A DNA stretch of 64,000 nucleotides. Origin: Octopus bimaculoides (taxonomy: Eukaryota). The notes below the pieces were generated by a model. It did not search any database and was not told the DNA's origin. It was given only the letters and a program-made list of their open reading frames with translations. Shown one piece after another: positions 47,459 to 60,126 of the stretch (positions are counted from its first letter, which is position 1; every line of letters starts with the position of its first letter). The stretch covers positions 90,949,830 to 91,013,829 of the forward strand of contig NC_068982.1 of the NCBI RefSeq assembly GCF_001194135.2, in the 5' to 3' direction. A program made the position numbers and the translations under genes.

Positions 47459-49663
47459 ACTGCTTATTAGAAGTACGTAGATAAAATGGAGATTCACATT
47501 GAAAGAAGATTTATAGAGAGAAAATGACACAAAGCGACGAGTGTCCATACTATGACAGACTAACATACTCGTTTCTTAAAGAGAACTCGTAATACGTGTG
47601 AAAATTCTATAGTTATTTTGATAATTGTAAGATTGTTAGAATTTTATAGAGAACTATGAAGTACAGTACTTTCTTTTAAGATTGTATTATTTTTGAAGCG
47701 TTTGATTTTTTGAGATGGTGTAAAATCCACACAGCTGAAGGAGCTAAAATAATAAAGTCTTTGAAAACTATATTCTTTGTTATAAACTCGTCGCCTATTT
47801 CTGTCTTTGTAGTTGTTATCTGTTATTTGTTTATCTTTACATCAAGTAAATAATCTTAACTATGGAACTAAATCAAAGACAGAATTTGTTTATATTATTT
47901 TGCTGCAGTAAGACTTTGTTAGTAAAATTTTAACAAATCTTAATGCTCTTATTTTCATTTCGGATTATAATATACGTGACTGCACTTGAACTCGTAGCCT
48001 CAATGAAAATGAAACATAGTACCTGCTTCACTGACCTCTTGATTCTAAATATAATTGTATTTCAATGATATATGGGTGCCTCTTCATTTAAAATATTCAT
48101 TGATTAGCGATTGTCATATGAATAATATATATAATATAGATATAATAATCTAACTTTGGGTTCGCTCCATATTTTTTTGGTCGTCTAAAGAATAATATGA
48201 ATGTTGTTTGTATAAGAGATTATGTCTTCGATTTCGTTCCAGTTGTTTAAACAGTTGAATATGTAGACTGCAGTAGAATGATAATATAGAAATGTCGTCC
48301 TTTTTGTTAGTATTATACAAGGTATGGTAAATGTGTTATCACAACTGGACGAAATATCGATTATAGAGTTTGTTGTTCGTCGAGTTATCGACGTTGTGTT
48401 CCTAGCAAAAAATATATATATTCATCGTTGTGCAGTAGACTACATCCGTCACCCGGTTTAACACCATCATTCGGTTCTTGTATACCTTTGTCAGAATTCA
48501 GTTTACCTCAAACATTCGGGTCAGATTTGCGATCTGAGGACAACTTCTTCGGTTCCATTCCACCAACGCCAAAGAGCCTGAAAAGGCTTATAGTTACTAT
48601 CTTTCCTTCTCTTCCGACTAATTTCTGTGAAAACAAACACTCAGCTCTCAACAGATCAAATCTAGATGTCAACAAGTATCATAGGTTAACTACATTTTGC
48701 TGCTGGAAAAGTGGAATACTTCATTATTGGAAACTGTTTAATTTATTAGCAAAGTTGAGCTTAAATTCTAACATCAGTGGACAAAATTCTGATAAACTAA
48801 CGTACTAGCTCCCAACTGTTCGATATTGCAATAGATAAAAATTAAAATGAGATCAAATTTATTCGTAAAACTTCACTTTGGAACATAATAGAACCTTTGG
48901 CTCAAAGATGCACTGCTTCTTATTTGTGTCACTTCTGCAATTTAAGTAGCTTCTACTCATCTGAACAAAGTGATTCCTAACACTTTCACCTAAATTTCTA
49001 AATGTTCTTTTCCTCTCGTCATCCATCCCTACTGTTAGTCAGCATCAACCACAGTACTAAACACTTTGCCTAATCAAGGATCCTCAGATTTTCAGGCCTG
49101 TAGAACTACCACGATTTTGTAGTACTTCTTTACTCTGCAATGATAAGCCATGAATCATAAGCTCTGTTCCCAATCAATCTTCGAGACCCTCCAAAAACAC
49201 CATAAGTGCAACAATTCCTCCTCTGACTAAACCAGTTAAAATTTTTTTTAATTAAACAAAAAAAAAATAGCATGCTGAATATTTGATCCGATTCTCATGC
49301 ACGGCCTCTGGTGACAATCTCAGGTGCATATAAAAGCTCTAGAATTCCCACAGTTGTTGCTTGACAAATACAATATCGGCCATATTTGTCTCACCAATGT
49401 AGAAGAATTTCAAGAGGTGGTGGATACTGCTGCCCTCTTCTCCAACTCATGGATTATTTAATAGCGATACATTCCGGTAATTAGTCGTGAATCAAGATAA
49501 GGTGTAGAGTAAAACGGCAAAATTGATTATCGAAAGTATTTTCTGAAAATGACTAACAAAACACAACAAAAGAATGAATTTTCACACGCTTAAAAATTGG
49601 TTTTCTAAATAAAATTATATATATGTAGGTATGTATGTATATATGTGTGTGTGTATTTGTGTG

Positions 49664-49720
<57 letters not shown>

Positions 49721-49934
49721 NNNNNNNNNNNNNNNNNNNNNNNNNNNNNNNNNNNNNNNNNNNNNNNNNNNNNNNNNNNNNNNNNNNNNNNNNNNNNNNN
49801 NNNNNNNNNNNNNTGTATATATATGTATATATATATGTATGTATATATATATGTTCGTGTATATATATGTATGTGTATGTACATATATATGTATGTACAT
49901 GTATATATGTATATATATTGTATATGTAAATATA

Positions 49935-50816
49935 CAAGGTGTGATGGGTAAATTGTAGCCGTTATATATTTTTAATTACACGCATGTGCATTACTTGTTT
50001 TTTTTTATTTTATTGAGTACACAGTGTAATAGGGTCAGCTGGGCAGCGTCTGTGAGTAAAACAGCACCATGACGCAATTCACTATGCCAGAAAGTTGGAA
50101 ACGACATGCCATACTGCCTGGCATTCGCGCCGGAAGCTCCAATACGAACATTTCAGAGTGTTTGGTTGCCAATTTGAGGACAGTGCAATCTGAGGACATG
50201 TATCCGGAGTGATAAAAATCAAACATCTAGTCAACATCATGGTGTTTGGAGTGATCACTAGTGATGGCGACATTATGCCTCCATTCATCTTCCCACACGA
50301 CCTCAGACTCAACACGGAGGCCTACATGAAGTGCCTCAAGGAGGTAGTGCTGCCCTGGATCAAGAAGATTGCTGCTGGAAACTCTATATCTGACAACAGG
50401 ACTCTGCACCAAGCACGAGAACCCAGTCATGGTTGTCAGACAATTTCTGCGACCACACCACCCCTAACATCTGGCCACTTAACTCCCCAAACTGCAACCC
50501 CCTTCATTATTATGTGCAGGGCGCAGTAGAGCGAGAAACCAACGAAATTTCTTGTAACACCAAAGATGGACTGAAAGCAAGGATTATGGCAACATTCACC
50601 AACTTAAACAAGTAGACTGTCCAGAAGAGTTGCAGGAGATTTCGAAGTCGTCTGGAGACCGTGGTTGAAGCCAATGGGAATTTTATTGAATAAATTTACT
50701 CCTTAGTATTTCAAGATATTTTTGTGTGATTTTAGTAAATATATCTATTAAAATGAGATGTCAGTGCTATTTTCATTTTTGCGTAATTTTGACAACTGTG
50801 TATTCACCATACCCTG
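49935..50816 (+). mobile_element. Tc1/mariner element with internal deletion (maT/DD37D-like motifs)
   Basis: TA-flanked imperfect TIRs CAAGGTGTGATGGGTA / TATTCACCATACCCTG; N-terminus MTQFTMPESWKRHAIL joined to IMVFGVITSDG...PFIFP...QQDSAP...WPLNSPNCNPLHYYV; frameshifts present. Confidence 0.88.
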
Positions 50817-52182
50817 TATATATATATNNNNNNNNNNNNNNNNNNNNNNNNNNNNNNNNNNNNNNNNNNNNNNNNNNNNNNNNNNNNNNNNNNNNNNNNN
50901 NNNNNNNNNNNNNNNNNNNNNNNNNNNNNNNNNNNNNNNNNNNNNNNNNNNNNNNNNNNNNNAGGTCCAATATGTTAAGAGCAGAGTCGGTAGGTAAAAG
51001 GGTAAAAGAGTGAGCTAGTAAAGGTTTAAGGAATACTACAATTTAGTAACGGGTAGGTGCAATTTTAAGGAGGTGGTCAGGGTGTTTGAAAAAAGAAATT
51101 ATCAAGAAACTAAATATAAGGAAAATACTAACATGATTATCAAAGGGTAGTACTTATGCAAACGGAGTAAACTGAAGTAAAAATAAACAATTATCGTAGG
51201 TGGGGGGTGCTAAAGAAAAAATTCACTCACAGAAATTAATACCGAGAATCCCATCTATAATCCACAATGGGGCAAGTCTAAGTCCAGCTGTCTCTAGAAT
51301 TGGTCAGTTACAATTTGAACCGGGGTCACAAGTTAAAACCGTTACAAATGATTTATTTATGAGATAAACAAGAAAAGAAAAAAGAAAAAAAAAGTTACGG
51401 GGGATAAGTCAATGCATAGATATTGAGGGTCGTTTATGTCCTTCAGCATCTTAACGTTATAACATGTATGAGGGAAGAATTAGGGAGTCTACAGGTTAGT
51501 GGTTAAGGGGAGGCAACTAGTACAGGTAATTCAGCGATTAAATGAACGCTGCTAGTGAATGAAATTAGGCTAAACCTCGTATATAACGCATTGTAGTAAT
51601 AATTAGGTATATACAGGTATGAAAGCAAAATTCATCCTATAAGTTCTCTGCGATGCACAAATAAAATGGCACTTACAATTAGGCGGATAAAATATAAGGC
51701 CAAGTCACATGCTGAAATAATATCAATTAATGAAACCCCTAGTTATCAGCAAATGCCCAAAGTAAGCTTCATAAGCATTACATAGTCATTAAAGTATATA
51801 GTTCTTATTATTATAAACCAATTTAAAAGAATATTATGGCACTAATGGGTACAATTAATGCCGGCTCCATATGCACATTAGTACTATGAGAAAAGTTACC
51901 TTGAATCAAGCAATTTACTAAGTATGCTTAAAAGGCAAAAGCAAATGCCCTAAGATAAGAGAGAAGCACTAATTGAATCTAATCATTAAAATTCTTAAAA
52001 TTCTAAGCAAAGTGGGTGCAAAAAATACTTATGGGTATAGGGTACAATAAAGTAAAGAAAAATTATAAAACATATAATAAAAATAAAAGGAAAAGGATGA
52101 AAAAATCAAACATGGGGGAAATATTGTTCACATATATGTAGGGCTAATAATGTGGTAGAAAACCTTAGGTTTTTTGTATATA

Positions 52183-52632
52183 CAGTGGGAGGAAATAAAT
52201 ATTCGTACATGTCAAAATTCTTTATTTATTTGATTTCTAATGAACATGAATGGGATATACCAATACTATATTTGCATACACGTGCATAGACTAAGAATAT
52301 GCAAAAGAAACTAATGAATTATAGTAACTAATGAATTCATATACAAATATAAATATTTATGGGTGAAAAAAGTATTCGTACAGAACATAACTGATAATTC
52401 TGATTTAATACTTCGTAGCATAACCATTATTCAGTTCCACTTCAACCAATCTCTTCTTGTAGTTCTTAATCAATGACACGCATGTTTCTATAGGAATTTT
52501 TTCCCATTCTTCTTGACAAATATTCTTCAAATCTGGAATGCACATTGGGGCTCTTGAATGATTTTAATTTTCAAATAACGCCAAAAATTTTAAATGGGGT
52601 TCAAGTCAGGTGACTGGCTTGGCCATTCTAAT
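52183..52632 (-). mobile_element. Tc1 (DD34E) transposase C-terminus and one terminal repeat
   Basis: EWPSQSPDLNPI*NFWRYLK...DLKNICQEEWEKIP...KRLVEV...GYATKY*; terminus TA-CAGTGGGAGGAAATAAATATTCGTACA with an internal repeat of AGTATTCGTACA (IR/DR-type end). Confidence 0.9.
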
Positions 52633-53116
52633 AATTTTATATAGTGATTGACAATCCATTTTTGGTGTCCTCATATTTTCGAACAGTTTCAACTGGGGCT
52701 GCCACATTATTTTGGCAAATAATCTTTACTTTAGAGTACAGTTACTGAATGTCTCTAATTGAGAGATTTAGCAATGATAATGCTTTTATTTATTAGATCA
52801 GTAACTGTGTGTCACTTTGAAAATTATATATAGTTTCGAACAGGAATTTAGCAACGCCATCTCTAGCCAAGCAGTTACTCTGTGCTGAAGAAGAGAAATA
52901 ACCCAGAAACCGTGGTCCACGGATATTGCTTTGGGCTGAGTGGGGATGCTAAACTCCTCTGTTCGAAAATATAAGGACACAGATAGTGTGTAGTATAGCC
53001 AGCTGGAGACTATGTTTCCTGGGACTGTCACTTTATGTTGGAAAATAATCTTTACTTTAGAATGGTATTACTGAATGTCTCTCGTAGAGAGATTTAGAAA
53101 TAATAATGTTTCTATT

Positions 53117-53149
<33 letters not shown>

Positions 53150-53301
53150 ATTCCTTTCGAAAATTTAACATATAGAACTTGGCATTTTGGTGAAACTTAT
53201 AATTACAAATCTAGTTCTTTGTTTTTATTGTTGTTTACTGGTCTGCTCTTATCTGACAGGTGTTCTTACCAGCAATGTAGTAGCAGCAGCAACAGTGATA
53301 A

Positions 53302-53350
<49 letters not shown>

Positions 53351-54054
53351 TGTAGTTGCTGTTGTTTCTGATCTTTTTATTACTAGTTGTGGGTATTATT
53401 GTTGTTGATTGGTAAGCTTAATTCGTCGATTCCGGTTTAGCAGCATCACCGATGATGCCTTCAGTTAAGTTCACTTTGTTACAAGCATTTAAACCAAGTT
53501 TCTAGCTTTGGAGTACCCTCCTCCCTCTTCTTAGTCTAGGGGGCCATGAAATGGGTGACGAATACTGCATTCCACCTGACTAAAGGATTTTGTAAAAAAT
53601 GATACTTAGAGTGACGTCATTGCTGACTCTGCCGCCCGATAATCAAAGGGACATTCCAGGAATAACCAATCCGTCTTTTATTCAAGCATGGTGGACAGTG
53701 TATGTAGGACCATATTGTCCAATACATTCATCCTTTTTATTAAGACGATATTTTAATTGAGAGCTATTTGGCTACTAATTCTAGCATGTCCACTGATTAT
53801 CTGCTAGTTCCCTTGTTAACACGTCGCATATCTAGTATTGGTAGGGGGATGTCTTTCGATCAGTAGGATAAGGCTGTGTCCCTGACCCTTTAGAAAGCTT
53901 ACAACACTTAGGGGAATACTCACATTGGAGGTCTGGCCCCAGTGCTTACAATATAATGGACTTAGCTAAAAGTACCTATGGATTAAGTCTATCACCCTAT
54001 TAAACTATGCCAGAATTCAAACCTAGAACGCAAAGCGGGAACAAATACCACAAG

Positions 54055-54420
54055 TTTTATCTACTTCAAAGCTATGAAAGGCACAGTCGACCTCGGCGGA
54101 ATTTGAACTCAGGGCGTGAAGACGAACGAAATACCGCTATGCATTTTGCTTGACGCGCTTAACGATTGTGTCAGCTCACCGCCTTCCTATCAGCATTAAT
54201 ATTGGTTTTTACATTTTTGACACAAGGCCAGCAATTTCGCGGTAGAGGGTAAGTTGATAACCTCTACCCCATAACTCAACTGGTGCGTATTTTATCGACC
54301 CCGAAATGATGAGAAGCAAAATCGACCCCGACGGAATCTGAATTCAGAACATAAAGTTGGACGAAATGCCGCTAAGCATTTTGCCTGGCGCGGTAACGAT
54401 TCTGGCAGCTCGCCGCCTAC
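54055..54420 (-). mobile_element. Two head-to-tail SINE family A copies; the second has a 13-bp TSD
   Basis: CAGCATTAATATT at 54191-54203 and 54425-54437. Confidence 0.88.
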
Positions 54421-54809
54421 CTAACAGCATTAATATTAAATGTTAATATATCTAATGAATTTTTATAGACATTTCATAAATATCAGTTTTACTTAATGTC
54501 CGTAAAAGAACTTAAAGAATGTTCACTTAAAATGTTCCAATTAATATATAATATTATAGATATGCTTACTACTGACGTTGGTCTGAATATATCTACAGTA
54601 CTATATGTGTTTTGATATTTCACATAGACACCAAATAATACCCTCAACTTCATATATAGATTTAAATATTCACCCGCCTACATATATCAACTAATGTTAT
54701 TTACTAAGAGCAGACAACTTCAAAGGAAATGTCTCCACAATTATTTTTAATATATTCAATAATTCAACCGAACATTAGATATATTTCCACTATAGCAGCA
54801 GCAGCAGCG

Positions 54810-54873
<64 letters not shown>

Positions 54874-54935
54874 CGTTTAAATTATCAAACCTATTCTTGT
54901 CATAACCATCCCAATTTTTTTCGGGCATAATGTAT

Positions 54936-55628
54936 CTAGTACTAGTGGATCTTGTTCAAAACGGGGGCACTAGTTTTCATTTATGTTTTATGTAGTGTTT
55001 TTGGTACCGAAAGACTTTCAAACTTCGTATACTTATCTATTTTGTGTTATAGAACAGAAAAAAAATTTTGTATTTGGATTTATTTCATGTAAAAAATTGT
55101 CTTATTTCGATAATTTCAACCAATCACTGACAAGTATTCAGCTGTTTACACTTACTCCTTTGGCACTTTAAGCGGTGTAAAGCGTATTTAATCTCCATTA
55201 CTTCTGACATTTTGCAGAGGCAACACACGTGTGTTCGTTTTCCCTAACCCTAACCCTAACCCTAACCCTAATTGACTTGCTCCTTCCCTCAAAAACCATG
55301 CCTTGTGCCTATAATAGAAAGGTTTATTAGCTACTGTCAATATGCTTCAGCCATTTTTTGACAAGGAAATAATAATTTTATCACCGCCGAGAATCGTTTG
55401 TTTACATAGTCAGCAGTTAATTTTTACGGCTGAATGGACGTCAGTCATTGGTTGAAATTACAGAAATACGACAACTTTAACATGAAATAACTTGCGATGT
55501 ACGTTTTTTTGTTAAGAAGGCTAAGAGAAAAAGATGTTTTATATGACACATTCTACCAGTGTCCCAAGTTTCAAAGTGTTTCGTTAAGAAAATACTGGTG
55601 CCCCCGTTTTGAACAAGATCCGTACTAG
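54936..55628. mobile_element. Non-autonomous TIR element (~690 bp), superfamily unresolved
   Basis: Perfect 24-bp inverted repeat GGATCTTGTTCAAAACGGGGGCAC (54947-54970 / 55598-55621), extending imperfectly to CTAGTAC ends; no clear TSD. Confidence 0.75.
55242..55271. repeat. Interstitial telomeric repeat (CCCTAA)5
   Basis: Five perfect units running directly into a SINE A 3' tail. Confidence 0.9.
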
Positions 55629-56199
55629 CCCGTATATTCTCTTGAATAAGATTTTAGGGTGTGATTTGAAGGAGATTCGACTGCTACTTCTAGCAGACAG
55701 GGTGGCTAATTAGAGGCTCTGTTATTGGTTAACTACAATCTTAACTTTATTACGAAATGAAATATCACCATTTAGATGTATGTCAACTTAAATTATGTAA
55801 ATTACATATCAACGATGACCATACTGCGGTTCGGGAGACTTATATGGCTCTTATGGCAACAATGTGCAACTCCTGCTTTGTGTTTCATTGCTATTTTACT
55901 TAAAATCTGACTATTTCACCAGTCAGATTTTAGAGCATTAATTGCACAAATGAAAACTCAACAAAAGCCTTAATGTCGGTAAAATTATGTAGTTGTATAT
56001 CATTTTATTTCTAAATATGTTTAAAATATATGTTGAGGATCTTGTAAAATGGCACCCTTCTTATCAAGTGGTGGGATGAAAGTTAATGTGAAGTGATACT
56101 TAAAATACAGCCGTCACTTCCAAGAGAGTTTGATCAGGTACCTTGCACCATGCTTTCGTAAAATATTTCAGGTGCCTATGAAGTAGCCAGCACACTTAG

Positions 56200-56405
56200 A
56201 CATCCTTTACTCGACCTAGCAAAAATCGACGATGTGACAGAGAGAAGGTTACTACTGCGGTCACTGCTACTCATTTTCAGCTGGTATTCATTTAAACTGG
56301 GGCAACGTGGAATATAACGCCTTGTTCAAGGGTACAACGTTCCAGAAACCGAACCTACGATCTTATGACCGTAAGTCCATCGCCCTAAATATTAGGACGC
56401 GCGGT
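56200..56405 (-). mobile_element. SINE family C, diverged
   Basis: TACTCATTTTCAGCTG...ACTGGGGCAACGTGG...CCTTGTTCAAGGGTACAAC...GAACCTACGATCTT. Confidence 0.6.
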
Positions 56406-56475
56406 TTAATTTAAGTGATACATATGTTAAGATAAATAATGTAAATAATGTAAACATATGTTAAGAGTTTCTTAA

Positions 56476-56787
56476 CCTCTTAACATATTATCCCGTATAT
56501 TTTCGTTCAGAGATGTCTAGTAAGTGTATATTTGAACGAAAATATACGTTCACTGTACTCTGAGGTATCTGTCACTTATTTCTAACACCAAATACTTCGT
56601 TCATGATGTTATTCCCGTTTTCTATCGTTAACTACTAATAGCTATCATTTTTCTCCGTAACTTCATAATAAATCATAACTGATCCAAAATAATTTGTATA
56701 CTTATTCTTCCTTATATACAGATTCAAAATAACTAATAAAGAATAATTTTTGCATGGAAATTGAAAATAAATGTGTACGTTAAGAGG
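56476..56787. mobile_element. piggyBac-like MITE
   Basis: TTAA at 56472-56475 and 56788-56791 flank 9-bp TIRs CCTCTTAAC / GTTAAGAGG. Confidence 0.7.
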
Positions 56788-57662
56788 TTAAGTCATTTGG
56801 GAGCGAGTGTATCACTAAAGATGTTTCCAGTTATTTTAAGCTCACATGGCAGATTTGACTCAATTTAATGACAGAGTCAAAACTCTAGATAAATACTTCA
56901 TGCAATTTCCTCAACAAATCCAGTGGAGAGATTTGAACAAAATCGCAGTTAATATTCAGCTGAGTCGGGTGAAATTCTCGTCATCAACATCGCTTATGAC
57001 AGGAGAATCAACGAAAGCACGCAACAATATGCATACGAGCAAATAACACAGTTTCTATGTGACCATGTAACCGCTTGACTTGTAAGAAATAGTAACCAGA
57101 ATCCCTCAGACAATAGCCTACTGTCCTACAAAGAGAGTTGGTCATGATCGTAACTACTTTGATCACAGGGTTGAGCTGAGGTTAAACAACAACAACTGAC
57201 AATTATACACCTTAGCTTCGACTATTAGTGACGCTTGATTGCCGACCTCATTCTGTGGTTCATGGAGGTTTTTATGAAGCATTTTATTACGATGAGCTGT
57301 ACGTTTTAATAGACAGCTTTATCGCACTAATTTTCTTATACTTCAATATGATGCGTCACTGCCCTTATTTTCTGCTCTACCGCCATTAATAACAACATCT
57401 GTGTTGTATGTATGTATGTATGTATGTATGTTTACTATTTCTTACAAGTCAAGTGATTACATGGTCACAAAGAAACTGTTTTTAGCTCGTATGCATATTG
57501 TTGCGTGCTTTCGTTGATTCTCCTGTTATAGGCGATATTGATGGCAAGAATTTCACCCGACTCTGCTGTATGTATGTAAGTGCATATGTGTGTATGTATA
57601 ATATGTGTGTGTGTTTATATGCGTACACACACACACACATAGAGTAAGTGAAAAGGGATCTG

Positions 57663-57806
57663 GAAGGTTGCTCACAGACACCTCTGTGGACCCAGGGTAG
57701 GTGAAATCTCTCAGCTCTTTAGCTACTCATTCAAGAGAAGATAACTTCTTACAAGTCCAGCATCCTGAAAACTGCTGGCCTCGTGGCTTCTGTTGCACCA
57801 TATCAA
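57663..57806 (-). repeat. 144-bp direct repeat, copy 1 (possibly an RTE 5' UTR fragment)
   Basis: 142/144 identical to 58372-58515. Confidence 0.9.
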
Positions 57807-58114
57807 ATATCGACTATTCGAAGGTATATGAAGGAAAATCTCTCTAGTAGAAACATTAATTTCACACAAAAGTGAAAATCCAACTTACGTTTGATCGCGG
57901 TGTATAAAATAAGAAGCAAATGATGTTGGTATTACATTTAATATCAACAACAATTTTTTTCTGCTGTACACAAACACGTATGCATACATAAATACATATA
58001 TATCCACCCACCCACACATACATACATACATATATACATACATACATATATATATTCATGCGTATATACATACATGCATTGCTACAAAGATTGCTAAATA
58101 TATAATTCTGTGAG

Positions 58115-58197
<83 letters not shown>

Positions 58198-58199
58198 GA

Positions 58200-58515
58200 T
58201 TTTCGACTGCAACTGGTAGTGGGGCCCTGGCTCGAGATTTCCGGGTTTTTGAAAAGCGTGAGGCCACTTCTTAGCTACTATTTGTTTCCAGGTCTACTCG
58301 ACCCGAAGTAGTAGAAACTATCAGAGTTTCAACTATGGGTTAATAAGCATGTCATAGAATTGCTTCCGAAAGAAGGTTGCTCACAGACACCTCTGCGGAC
58401 CCAGGGTAGGTGAAACCTCTCAGCTCTTTAGCTACTCATTCAAGAGAAGATAACTTCTTACAAGTCCAGCATCCTGAAAACTGCTGGCCTCGTGGCTTCT
58501 GTTGCACCATATCAA
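58200..58515 (-). mobile_element. Longer fragment containing direct-repeat copy 2; resembles an RTE-type LINE 5' UTR
   Basis: TTCTCTTGAATGAGTAGC..AAGAGCTG...CACCTACCC and GCCCCACTACCAGTTG recall RTE 5' UTR motifs (from memory, unverified). Confidence 0.4.
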
Positions 58516-58806
58516 TACAAGTTTGAAGGGCGAGGAAATAGGACTCGCTTTCTACAAGCAACGTCCACCATAATAATATTTATCGTATAGTTTGTTTAGC
58601 AAAACAAGACACCAGCACCAACACTATCACACTTTCTTCATAGGTCCAGTGACGATAGGAAAAGAGGCGGCGGAGACAGATAGAGAATGGTACTGGAAGT
58701 CTTCAGTTTTAACCTTGCATACAGAGGAGGCATAAGATGATTGTCGTTTTCCACTGATTTGGTATTCTGAATGTGAACAACAATTATAGTACTCAGTACA
58801 AATATT

Positions 58807-59021
58807 CTTTTCTACTCTAGGTACAAGGCCCGAAATTTTGGGAGAGGGAGCCAGTCGATTAAATCGACCCCAGTACGCAACTGGTACTTAATTTATCGAC
58901 CCCAAAAGGATGAAAAGCAAAGACACCCTCGGCAGAATTTGAACTCAGAACGCAAAGGTAGACGAAATACCGTTAAGCATTTCGCCAGGAGTGCTGACGT
59001 TTCTGCCAGCTCGCCGCTTTC
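58807..59021 (-). mobile_element. SINE family A, full length with 15-bp TSD
   Basis: CTCAGTACAAATATT at 58792-58806 and 59022-59036. Confidence 0.93.
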
Positions 59022-59272
59022 CTCAGTACAAATATTAGAATTAGTATTAAAGACAGGCGAAATTGCATCTAGGATAACTGTTTAATTCTGAGTTTTATAG
59101 TAAAGAAAACGATTTACTTTATATTCACCTGCTGTAGCTATGTATATTCGACCAGAATGAGGGTGTTAGTGCATAATACTGGGTAGTGTGGCACAAGCGG
59201 TACGTGTGAAAATAGTCCTTTCCCACTCTTGATAGCAAAGCACATATACGCATTTCGCACATACACAGACAC

Positions 59273-59322
<50 letters not shown>

Positions 59323-59332
59323 NNNNNNNNNN

Positions 59333-59375
<43 letters not shown>

Positions 59376-59627
59376 CATGTGTGTATTTATATCTATGTAA
59401 GCTAGTATGCATGTATGCATGTATTTATGCATGCATGCAAGCATGAATGTATTCATATCTGTATACATTTCTGTTGTTTTCTATATATAGTTTCGACTCA
59501 ATATGACCATGTGTGTTAATACACATTCAAACATTTATGTAAATAGATTTCCACACGTAGCCACAATGCAAAGACATAGACACATAAACATATATAAGGA
59601 AATATATGCTTACAGTTCTGTATGAAC

Positions 59628-59725
59628 ACAACCACACATACACATAACCACACATACACATAACCACACATACACATTACCACACATACACACAACCACA
59701 CATACACACAACCACACATACATAC
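59628..59725. repeat. 16-bp minisatellite derived from (CA)n
   Basis: About six units of AACCACACATACACA(T/C). Confidence 0.85.
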
Positions 59726-59956
59726 AGCTTACGCAATGACAGCATAACTCCTTGAAAGCTTACTCAATGAAGACCATTGAGTAGCTCAGTCCCAGCTTAT
59801 TGAATAATATCCTTCTTAGTGACAACCTACTCAAATGCCGGACTAAAGAAAGTAGTCCGTCAAGTAAAGCATACTGTTATTGTTGTTGTTTAGCCCGTGT
59901 CGATAGAGAAAGAGCAGTCCTGATCAAAGATATTCTAATCATACACTCTTACTTAC

Positions 59957-60126
59957 AGGTAGAATGTATCTAGAACTTCTAGAACTATATCATCAAATGA
60001 TAGAAGTATGTGATTTGAAGTAGATCTGACCGAAAATTCTGATAGATTCAGTGATTGTGAAGAGGTTCCTTCTTTGAATCGCAGTTTCTCATTTATATTA
60101 GTGTAATGTCTTACTTTAGCCGTTGC
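59957..60126 (-). other. Candidate 170-nt coding exon of an unidentified gene
   Basis: Acceptor TTTTCTGACCATCTTCAG|G and donor CT|GTAAGT; one open frame ATAKVRHYTNINEKLRFKEG...LLSFDDIVLEVLDTFY; no homology recognised. Confidence 0.25.

Noticed and set aside
50963-52170. Possible mitochondrial insertion
   Set aside because: The skew is purine versus pyrimidine rather than mitochondrial-like, and I recognised no mitochondrial gene or tRNA
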